Origin: Candidatus Margulisiibacteriota bacterium
GTDB taxonomy: Bacteria; Margulisbacteria; WOR-1; O2-12-FULL-45-9; XYB2-FULL-48-7
NCBI GenBank assembly: GCA_041649975.1
Contig: JBAZMB010000001.1
Span: 1 to 52,253 of the forward strand
Length of the DNA stretch: 52,253 nt
Reading direction: 5' to 3'
Positions 37,667-45,146 of the stretch are shown one piece after another (within the stretch, counting starts at the first letter, position 1; the number at the start of each line of letters is the position of its first letter). A program made the translations under genes and the position numbers. The notes below the pieces were generated by a model. It had not been told where the DNA came from, did not search any database, and was given only the letters and a program-made list of their open reading frames with translations.

Positions 37667-39250
37667 CTAGTGTCTGAAATGCCTTCGCCCAGTAAAGACC
37701 ATCGCGATCTTGTGTTTGTCGGCCATGTCGATCGATTCCTGGTCCCGTTTCGCTCCGCCCGGTTGGATGATGGCGGTGATCCCGTTCTTCGCCGCCGCTT
37801 CGACGACATCGGAAAAGGGAAAGAAGGCGTCGGAGGCCAGAACTGATCCCTTGGCTTTCTCCCCCGCCTTTTTCACTGCGATATCGACGGAATCTATCCG
37901 CGACATTTGTCCCGCGCCGACTCCAACGGTAGCCCCGTCCTTGATCAGGACAATGGCGTTCGATTTGACGTATTTGGCCGCTCCCCAGGCAAAGAAAAGG
38001 TCGTCGAGCTCGGCCACGGTCGGCTGGCGCTTGGTCACGACTTTCACCTCATTGACCGCGAGCTGGGCGGCATCGGTATCTTGGACCAATAAACCGCCGC
38101 TGACCCGTTTGTAATCTAACCCCTTAAAGGGTTTATTGACGGAGTTCATCCCCAGCTCAATGATCCGGATGTTCGCTTTTTCTTTCAGGATGGCGAGCGC
38201 TTGCGGCGTGTAAGCGGGAGCAATTATTACTTCCACAAAGAGCTTGGCGACTTCCCTGGCGGTTGCCTCATCGATCCGGCGGTTGGCGGCAATGATCCCG
38301 CCGTAAGCCGAGACCGGATCGGACGCCAGAGCCGCCTTATAGGCATCAACCAACAACTTCGCTTTGGCCAAGCCGCAAGGCGTGTTATGTTTAACGATGC
38401 AGATCGTCGGCTCCACGAAATAATTAGCGGCATTCCAGGCCGATTCCATGTCGACGATGTTATTGAAGGAAAGCTCTTTGCCGTGCAACTGCTTGGCGTT
38501 GACCAATTCCCCTTCCCGGCCGGCCCCTTTTTCGCGGTAAAACGCCGCTTGCTGATGAGGATTTTCGCCGTAACGAAGGTCCTGGATCTTTTCCAGCTGG
38601 ATCGACAACTCTTTCGGGAACTTCTCTTCCTTCACTTTGCCCGATAAATACGAGACGATCAAAGCGTCATACTGAGCGGTATGTTTGTAGGCTTTTAGCG
38701 CCAAGCCTTCCTTGGTCGTCAGAGAAAGAGAGCCGTTCTTTTTTATTTCGTCGAGTATTTTATTGTAGTCGGCCGGATCGACGACTATTCCAACGTTCTT
38801 ATGGTTTTTGGCGGCGCCGCGGACCATCGACGGCCCGCCGATATCGATATTCTCGATCGCTTCTTCATGAGTAAATTTTTTCTTGGAAATCACTTTTTCA
38901 AAAGGATAAAGGTTACAGATCACCAGGTCGAAAGGATTGATCTTAAATTTTTTCAATTCTTTAACGTGGTCGGGATTGGTCCGGTCGGCCAGGATCCCGC
39001 CGTGAATGATCGGATGGAGGGTCTTGACCCGGCCGCCGAGCATATGCGGATATTTGGTCAGCTTGGAAACTTCCGTGACCTTGATCCCCGCCTGGCGGAG
39101 ATACTCGGCCGTCCCGCCGGAAGAGATCAGTTCGAAGCCAAGTTCGGTTAATTCTTTGGCGAATTTATCCAAGCCAGTCTTATCCCAAACCGAGAGCAAG
39201 GCGTATTTCTTTTCCCGTGTCCCGTTCACCGTGTTACGTTTTTTCTTCAT
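37667..39250 (-). CDS. purH: Bifunctional AICAR formyltransferase / IMP cyclohydrolase
   Basis: 527 aa. ALLSVWDKTGL is the MGS-like N-terminal domain, with GGILADR. The C-terminus is AIIQPGGAKRD...FTGRRHFRH. Confidence 0.96.
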   Translation of the reverse strand: MKKKRNTVNGTREKKYALLSVWDKTGLDKFAKELTELGFELISSGGTAEYLRQAGIKVTEVSKLTKYPHMLGGRVKTLHPIIHGGILADRTNPDHVKELKKFKINPFDLVICNLYPFEKVISKKKFTHEEAIENIDIGGPSMVRGAAKNHKNVGIVVDPADYNKILDEIKKNGSLSLTTKEGLALKAYKHTAQYDALIVSYLSGKVKEEKFPKELSIQLEKIQDLRYGENPHQQAAFYREKGAGREGELVNAKQLHGKELSFNNIVDMESAWNAANYFVEPTICIVKHNTPCGLAKAKLLVDAYKAALASDPVSAYGGIIAANRRIDEATAREVAKLFVEVIIAPAYTPQALAILKEKANIRIIELGMNSVNKPFKGLDYKRVSGGLLVQDTDAAQLAVNEVKVVTKRQPTVAELDDLFFAWGAAKYVKSNAIVLIKDGATVGVGAGQMSRIDSVDIAVKKAGEKAKGSVLASDAFFPFSDVVEAAAKNGITAIIQPGGAKRDQESIDMADKHKIAMVFTGRRHFRH

Positions 39251-39846
39251 TTCAGTTTCACTCTTCTCCCCTCAATAATTAATTTATCTTCGGCGATCAG
39301 CCGAATCGCTTCCGGATAGATCTGGTGTTCTTGCTGCAGGATCCGGTCCGAGAGGACCACTTCGTCGTCTTTTTCCTTGATCGGGACCGCCGACTGGATG
39401 ATGATCGGCCCGGTATCGCACCCTTCGTCGACATAATGGACGGTGCAGCCGGTAATCAGCACGCCGTGCTCCAGCGCCTGCCGCTGGGCGTGCAAACCGG
39501 GAAAAGAGGGCAAAAGCGAAGGATGAATGTTGATCATTTTGCCGCGGTAGTGCTGGAGGAGAACCTCCCCGACAATCCGCATGTAACCGGCCAGGCAAAC
39601 CAGCTCAACGCCGTGCTGCTGGAGGACTTTCACGATCTCCAGTTCATAGGTGTTCCGGTCGGCATAAGCCCGGTGGTCGATCGCCACGGCGGGGATATTG
39701 TGCTTCTTCGCCCTTCTCAAGCCAAAAGCGTCGGGATTGTTGGAGATTACGACCGCAACCTTGGCCGGGATCTTGCCGCTTTCACAAGCGTCAATAATCG
39801 CCTGAAGGTTTGAGCCGTTACCGGAAATTAAAACTCCTAATATCAT
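39247..39846 (-). CDS. purN: Phosphoribosylglycinamide formyltransferase
   Basis: 199 aa. ISGNGSNLQAII, MINIHPSLLP and GCTVHYVDEGCDTGPII. Confidence 0.95.
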   Translation of the reverse strand: MILGVLISGNGSNLQAIIDACESGKIPAKVAVVISNNPDAFGLRRAKKHNIPAVAIDHRAYADRNTYELEIVKVLQQHGVELVCLAGYMRIVGEVLLQHYRGKMINIHPSLLPSFPGLHAQRQALEHGVLITGCTVHYVDEGCDTGPIIIQSAVPIKEKDDEVVLSDRILQQEHQIYPEAIRLIAEDKLIIEGRRVKLK

Positions 39847-40830
39847 TTAGATGATAATAACTTCCTGGTTCCCCTTGGAGATCTCACCGATCAGGAAGGC
39901 CTTTTCCTTTTTCTTCGCCAGGTGCTGCATCACTTTGTCGGCTTCTTTGGCGGAAACGACCAGGATCATGCCGATCCCCATGTTAAAAGTCTTATACATT
40001 TCAGCGTGATCGACTTCGCCCAGCTTCTTGATCAACTTGAAGATCCGGGGTATCTCCCAGGAATTCAGTTCGATCACCGCCTGGCGCTTTTGCGGCAGGA
40101 CCCGGCCTAGATTTTCCGGAATACCGCCGCCGGTAATATGCGAGATCCCTTTGATCGTGAACTTACTGATCAGTTCCAGGATCAACGGCGTGTAGATCTT
40201 CGTCGGCGTTAAAAGGACGTCGCCAATCGAGCGGTTAAAATCGTCGATCTTGTCGCTCGGCCCGATGTTCCCTTTTTCAAAGATCACTTTCCTGGCCAAG
40301 GAATAACCGTTGCTGTGCAGGCCGGAAGAGGCTAACCCGATGATCTTGTCCCCTTCCCTGATCGTGGAACCGTTAATGACCGCTTTCTTATCGACGACCC
40401 CGACCGCGAAACCGGCCAGGTCATACTCGCCTTTATGGTACATATCGGGGAGCTCCGCGGTCTCGCCGCCGACCAGCTCGACGCCGGACTGCCGGCAACC
40501 TTCCACTATCCCTTTGACGATCTTCTCGACCACGTTCGGCTCAACCTTTTGAATGCCGATGTAATCCAGGAAAAAGAGCGGTTTCGCTCCCATCGCCACA
40601 ACGTCGTCGACGTTCATTGCCACCAGATCGATCCCGATCGTGTCGTGCTTCCCCATCATGAACGCTAACTTTAGTTTGGTCCCAACTCCGTCAGTCGCGC
40701 CAACCAGATACTGCTTGCCGAACGGGAAAAGTCCGCCAAAAAGTCCGATCCCCTTGGCGACTTTCTTGATCCGCCGAACTACTTCGTACCCGGCCTCGAT
40801 ATCAACCCCAGCTTGTTTATATGTGATCAT
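39847..40830 (-). CDS. purM: Phosphoribosylformylglycinamidine cyclo-ligase (AIR synthetase)
   Basis: I place the start at the ATG at 40830 (MITYKQAGVDIEAGY). GATDGVGTKLKLA and GGETAELP are PurM motifs. The 28-codon extension in the ORF track is not PurM-like. Confidence 0.94.
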   Translation of the reverse strand: MITYKQAGVDIEAGYEVVRRIKKVAKGIGLFGGLFPFGKQYLVGATDGVGTKLKLAFMMGKHDTIGIDLVAMNVDDVVAMGAKPLFFLDYIGIQKVEPNVVEKIVKGIVEGCRQSGVELVGGETAELPDMYHKGEYDLAGFAVGVVDKKAVINGSTIREGDKIIGLASSGLHSNGYSLARKVIFEKGNIGPSDKIDDFNRSIGDVLLTPTKIYTPLILELISKFTIKGISHITGGGIPENLGRVLPQKRQAVIELNSWEIPRIFKLIKKLGEVDHAEMYKTFNMGIGMILVVSAKEADKVMQHLAKKKEKAFLIGEISKGNQEVIII

Positions 40831-40841
40831 GTTCCGCCCCT

Positions 40842-41030
40842 TTATCTCGCCGCTTCCGCTGTCGCCGTTCCGTAGTAGACGTCGCCACCACGTAAAACGA
40901 TGAAGAACCGGCAATCTTTATTAGTACAAGCCCAGGCCTTGTACTTGATGGAAACCGCGTTATTGCTAAAATCCGAAAGCGGGACCAAGACCCCTTTTTC
41001 ACATTTCTCGCACTTAGGATGTTCGCCCAT
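40842..41030 (-). CDS. Small zinc-ribbon-like protein (62 aa) embedded between purF and purM
   Basis: GGAGG lies 8 nt upstream of the ATG at 41030. MGEHPKCEKCEKGVLVPL...KAWACTNKDCRF provides a CxxC plus CxxxxC pair, a layout like YgiT/MqsA-type zinc fingers. It is not PurS-like. Confidence 0.6.
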   Translation of the reverse strand: MGEHPKCEKCEKGVLVPLSDFSNNAVSIKYKAWACTNKDCRFFIVLRGGDVYYGTATAEAAR

Positions 41031-41046
41031 TTCCGTCACCTCCTCA

Positions 41047-42429
41047 TTATTTAAAGAAGAGCTTCAAACTCTCCAGCCGTTCCGGTACTTTTACCGGATA
41101 CTCGCCGTTCAAACAGGCCAGGCATAACCGCTCTTTGGGCAGGTTGACCGCTCTGACCAGGTTGTGGATGCTCAAGTAGCCCAAACTATCCGCTTCAATA
41201 TATTTCCTGATCCCTTCGACTGAAAGATTGGCCGCGATCAATTCGGAACGATTGGCCATGTCGACCCCGTAAAAGCAGGGACAGGTGATCGGCGGCGACG
41301 AGACCCGAAAATGGATCTCCCGCGCCCCGGCCTCGCGCAGCAAACGGACGATCTGGCGGGAAGTGGTCCCGCGCACGATCGAATCGTCGATCACGACCAT
41401 TTTCCGGCCCCGGATCGCGTCCCGGATCGGGTTCAGCTTCATTTTAACGCCGATCTCCCGCAGGCTTTGCGTCGGCTGGATGAAGGTCCGGCCGATATAC
41501 CGGTTCTTGATCAAACCGTCGGCAAAAGAGATCTTTGATTCCTTGGAAAAACCGATTGCCGCCGGGATCCCGGAATCGGGAATGGCAATGACCATTTCGG
41601 CGTCGGCCGGCTGCTCCTTGGCCAGGTATTTCCCCATGTGGACCCGAACATCGTGAAAACTGCGCCCCTCAATGACACTGTCCGGACGGGCAAAGTAAAT
41701 GAATTCAAAAACACAAAGGGCCGGCCGCTCTCCCCGACACCAGGTCCGGGACTGCAGGCCATTCTTGTCAATGATCACCAGTTCGCCGTTGCTGATCTCG
41801 CGAACAAATTCGGCGCCGATAACGTCCAGTCCGCAGGTTTCGGAAGAAATGATGTATGATTCACCCTTCCGGCCGATGCATAAAGGGCGGATCCCTTGCT
41901 GGTCGCGAAAACCGTAAAGTTTATCTAGGGTCATGATGACGATCGAGAAAGCCCCGCGGCATTTATTGATCGTGGCCAGGAGCGCCGCCTCAAAGCTCTG
42001 TTCTTCGGAAGTGGCGATCAGCGCGGCCAGCAATTCCGAATCGGTCGTCCCTTTGAGCTGATAACCGGAGAGCTGGCCCTTTAGTTCGTCGGTGTTGACC
42101 AAATTACCGTTATGGGCCAGAGCGAACGGCCCCCACTTTGACTGAATAACGATCGGCTGGGCATTGCAAAGGGCCGAGGAGCCGGTCGTCGAATAGCGAA
42201 CATGTCCAAGGGCGATATGCCCGGTTATTTTGCTGATAATTTCATCGTTAAAAACAACGTTGACCAAGCCCATGCCGACGTGGCCGCGGAACTCCTTGCC
42301 GTCCGAAGCAAAGATCCCGGCCGATTCCTGACCCCGGTGTTGGAGCGCGTAAAGGCCGTAATAAACCAATTTGGCCAGCGGATCGCCGTTATAAGAATAG
42401 ATCCCGTAAACGCCGCACGCTTCTTTCAA
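41047..42429 (-). CDS. purF: Amidophosphoribosyltransferase
   Basis: 460 aa. The Ntn nucleophile is in MKEACGVYGIY, and the PRPP loop is VVIDDSIVRGTT. C-terminal cysteines are consistent with the Fe-S type enzyme. Confidence 0.96.
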   Translation of the reverse strand: MKEACGVYGIYSYNGDPLAKLVYYGLYALQHRGQESAGIFASDGKEFRGHVGMGLVNVVFNDEIISKITGHIALGHVRYSTTGSSALCNAQPIVIQSKWGPFALAHNGNLVNTDELKGQLSGYQLKGTTDSELLAALIATSEEQSFEAALLATINKCRGAFSIVIMTLDKLYGFRDQQGIRPLCIGRKGESYIISSETCGLDVIGAEFVREISNGELVIIDKNGLQSRTWCRGERPALCVFEFIYFARPDSVIEGRSFHDVRVHMGKYLAKEQPADAEMVIAIPDSGIPAAIGFSKESKISFADGLIKNRYIGRTFIQPTQSLREIGVKMKLNPIRDAIRGRKMVVIDDSIVRGTTSRQIVRLLREAGAREIHFRVSSPPITCPCFYGVDMANRSELIAANLSVEGIRKYIEADSLGYLSIHNLVRAVNLPKERLCLACLNGEYPVKVPERLESLKLFFK

Positions 42430-42430
42430 T

Positions 42431-44146
42431 TTAGCCCCCTATTAATTGAGCCAACTTTTCCGTAACCTGGTCGAGCGGGACCAGTTCCATCGCGCCGGTC
42501 CGGCGCTGTTTAACTTCAACTTTCCCCTCTTTCAAACCTTTTGGCCCGACGATAACCTTGAGGGGAATACCGAAGAGGTCGATATCTTTCAGTTTCACGC
42601 CGATCCGGTCGATCCGGTCGTCAAGCAAGGGTTCCAAGCCCTTGGCCTGTAATTCATTGTAGATCTTCTCGGCCACCGCTTTTTGCTCCGGTTCTTCCGC
42701 GTTAACGGGAACGATCGCCACTTTAAATGGCGCTAGCGGGGTCGGCCAGATCATCCCGTCCTTGTCGTTGTTCTGTTCGATCGCCGCGGCAACTGTCCGC
42801 GAGGCGCCGATCCCGTAACACCCCATGATCATCACCTTTTCCTGGTTGTTCTCGTCCAGGTAGACGCAGCGCATTTTGTCCGAATACTTTGTCCCCAGCT
42901 TGAAGATATGGCCGACTTCGATCCCCCGGGAGACCTCAAAAACCCCTTCGCCGCAGCGGGGACAGTTGTCGGCTTTGACGGCAAATCGGATGTCGCCGGT
43001 CAGGTCGGCCTTAAAATCCCGGCCGAAAACAATGTTCAAAAGGTGGTGGTCTTCTTTGTTGGCGCCGGAGACCGCCAGCGGGATCAGTTCGACCGCGTTA
43101 TCGGCAACGATCTTCACTCCTTTAAGCCCGACCGGGCCGGCAAAACCGACCGGCGCGCCGGTCACTTTCTTAATAACTGCCTGATCGGCCAGACGGAGAT
43201 CTTCCACGCCAAGCACTTTCTTTAGTTTAGGTTCGTTGATCGCGTGATCACCGCGAACCAGCGCGGCGACCGGACCTTGCTCCGTTTCATAGATCATCGT
43301 TTTGATCATGCTTTCTGGAGTGATCTTCAGAAAAGCGGTCACTTCTTCGATCGTCCTGGCGCCGGGAGTGGGAATTTCTTTTAGCTCGTGTCCCATATCC
43401 CGTGTCCCTTGTCCCGTCATTTTATACTCACCGACTCCGGCCGACTCCCTACTCGCTGAATAATTGCATTTATTGCAGTGAAAGATTTCTTCTTCACCGG
43501 TCTCGGCCAGGACCATGAACTCCTGGGAGAAACCGCCGCCGATCAGGCCGGAATCGGCCTCCACGACCCGGTATTTCAGCCCCATCCGGTCAAAGATCCG
43601 GCAATAGGTCTGGTACATGTTCTGGTATTCGGTCTCCAGGCTTTCCACGCTGGTATGGAAAGAATAAGCATCCTTCATCAGGAATTCCCGGCCGCGCATC
43701 AGGCCAAAACGAGGGCGGACTTCGTCACGGAACTTGGTTTGGATCTGGTAGAGATTGGCTGGGAGCTGTTTATATGAACGGATGGAATTGCGGACCAGGT
43801 CGGTTATGACCTCTTCGTGGGTCGGGCCAAGGCAAAACTCCCGGTCATGCCGGTCTTTGATCCTAAAGAGCTCTTTACCATAGACCGGCCAGCGGCCTGA
43901 TTCCTGCCAGAGCTCGGCTGGTATAATGGTAGGCATTAAGACTTCTTGAGCGCCGGAGCGGTCCATTTCTTCCCTGATGATCCGGATAACGTTACGTAAA
44001 GTGCGATAACCAAGCGGTAAAAAGGTGTAGACTCCAGCCGCCAGCTTCTTAATAAAGCCGCCACGGAGCATTAATTTATGAGATACGACTTCCGCCTCGG
44101 ATGGGTCCTCACGAAGGGTCGGCGCCACCACCTGCGACATTCTCAT
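42431..44146 (-). CDS. proS: Proline--tRNA ligase (bacterial type with insertion/editing domain)
   Basis: 571 aa. Class II motifs FRDEVRPRFGLMRGREFLMKDAYSF and GCYGIGASR, plus a C-terminal anticodon-binding domain. Its stop is 1 nt from the purF start. Confidence 0.95.
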   Translation of the reverse strand: MRMSQVVAPTLREDPSEAEVVSHKLMLRGGFIKKLAAGVYTFLPLGYRTLRNVIRIIREEMDRSGAQEVLMPTIIPAELWQESGRWPVYGKELFRIKDRHDREFCLGPTHEEVITDLVRNSIRSYKQLPANLYQIQTKFRDEVRPRFGLMRGREFLMKDAYSFHTSVESLETEYQNMYQTYCRIFDRMGLKYRVVEADSGLIGGGFSQEFMVLAETGEEEIFHCNKCNYSASRESAGVGEYKMTGQGTRDMGHELKEIPTPGARTIEEVTAFLKITPESMIKTMIYETEQGPVAALVRGDHAINEPKLKKVLGVEDLRLADQAVIKKVTGAPVGFAGPVGLKGVKIVADNAVELIPLAVSGANKEDHHLLNIVFGRDFKADLTGDIRFAVKADNCPRCGEGVFEVSRGIEVGHIFKLGTKYSDKMRCVYLDENNQEKVMIMGCYGIGASRTVAAAIEQNNDKDGMIWPTPLAPFKVAIVPVNAEEPEQKAVAEKIYNELQAKGLEPLLDDRIDRIGVKLKDIDLFGIPLKVIVGPKGLKEGKVEVKQRRTGAMELVPLDQVTEKLAQLIGG

Positions 44147-44172
44147 CTCTTCTTCCCCCCTACTGACCCCCT

Positions 44173-44201
44173 ATTATACCCCTTTTTTCCCTACATTTCA
44201 A
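44173..44201 (-). promoter_or_regulatory. Promoter TTGAAA - 17 nt - TATAAT for the proS-pur operon
   Basis: The reverse complement reads TTGAAATGTAGGGAAAAAAGGGGTATAAT. A ~26-nt G-rich (SD-like) leader then precedes the proS ATG. Confidence 0.55.
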
Positions 44202-44306
44202 CCAATTTGTTGCCCCCATTTTTCCTTATTATTTCCTGTAAATAGTGAAATTTATCAATAAAACGATCGAAACGGTATTAATAGCCAGTTTGCAAAGGAG
44301 AAACAT

Positions 44307-45050
44307 ATGATCAGCCGAATTTACCAAGGGCCCAGACATCCAACATTAGCTAAGGCAACCTCGTTACTAGAGGTCGCCCAAAAAAAAGCCTCTAGAGCTC
44401 GTAAAGATTTAGCCAATAAAGTTCTTGAGGTTAGAAAGCTTGTCCATGATGGAAATAATACCTTATCATTACTTATCGTAACCGCAAGCTCCGCCCTGGA
44501 GGATCTGGAATCCGGGAATGGAACCACGGAAACACTCAAAGAAGATCTCAAAATGATCGCTAAACAAGGGACCGCTTTAACTGCGACCCTGGAAAGGATT
44601 AGAGCGGTCTTTGTTCCTTCAGTAAAACTCATGAAATCAGCAGCGCCTGCCATTTCTCCAATTAAATTCGATGGGCCGACAACTACCGTTAAAAATATTT
44701 TAGTCGTTGATGATGCGCCTGTTTTCCGGATAATTTTAAACGACAAACTAACTAAAGTCGGGTATCGCGTCACCCAAGCGGTCAATGCCGAAGAAGCGCT
44801 CCCGCTCCTGGCCAAAGGACAGTTCGACCTGGTGATCACCGACGTCGACATGAACCCGGAAGGAATGAGCGGCCTGGAATTTTCCAGCCTCATAACCAGA
44901 GAATTTCCGCGAACCGTTGTTTTTGTCATGAGCGGCGAAAACACTGCCGAAAGAGATCAAGCGGCAATAAATCACGGGGCGGCCCGCTTCTTCCCAAAGC
45001 CGATCGATCTAAACGATATTTTAACGGCGATCGGCGATCTTAGCGAATAA
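44307..45050 (+). CDS. DHp-like (HisKA-type H-box, no ATPase domain) plus receiver domain protein; putative phosphotransfer/response regulator
   Basis: The C-terminal REC domain has ILVVDDAP, LVITDVDM and FFPKPID. The N-terminal ~125 aa is helical, with VRKLVHDGNNTLSLLIVTASSAL resembling the H-D-x-N-N H-box of the two kinases in this window. SD AAAGGAG lies upstream. Confidence 0.75.
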   Translation: MISRIYQGPRHPTLAKATSLLEVAQKKASRARKDLANKVLEVRKLVHDGNNTLSLLIVTASSALEDLESGNGTTETLKEDLKMIAKQGTALTATLERIRAVFVPSVKLMKSAAPAISPIKFDGPTTTVKNILVVDDAPVFRIILNDKLTKVGYRVTQAVNAEEALPLLAKGQFDLVITDVDMNPEGMSGLEFSSLITREFPRTVVFVMSGENTAERDQAAINHGAARFFPKPIDLNDILTAIGDLSE

Positions 45051-45078
45051 TCATCGTCGCTATTGCCAGATTTTTTTT
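45041..45078 (+). terminator. Weak candidate terminator (TAGCGA / TCGCTA stem, then T8 run)
   Basis: A 6-bp stem with a 10-nt loop spans the stop codon. The T-run starts 8 nt after the stem, which is poor geometry. Confidence 0.25.
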
Positions 45079-45146
45079 GAATAAGTGAAATTATTTATTT
45101 TTTTGAACGAATATGGAGTAGCTTTACCATAGAAAGGTTCAAAACA

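Noticed and set aside
44147-44306. T-box or other riboswitch upstream of proS, and a purine/ZTP riboswitch for the pur genes
   Set aside because: The predicted promoter leaves only a ~26-nt leader, too short for a T-box. No specifier/antiterminator or pfl-like structure is visible, and the pur genes have no separate leaders.
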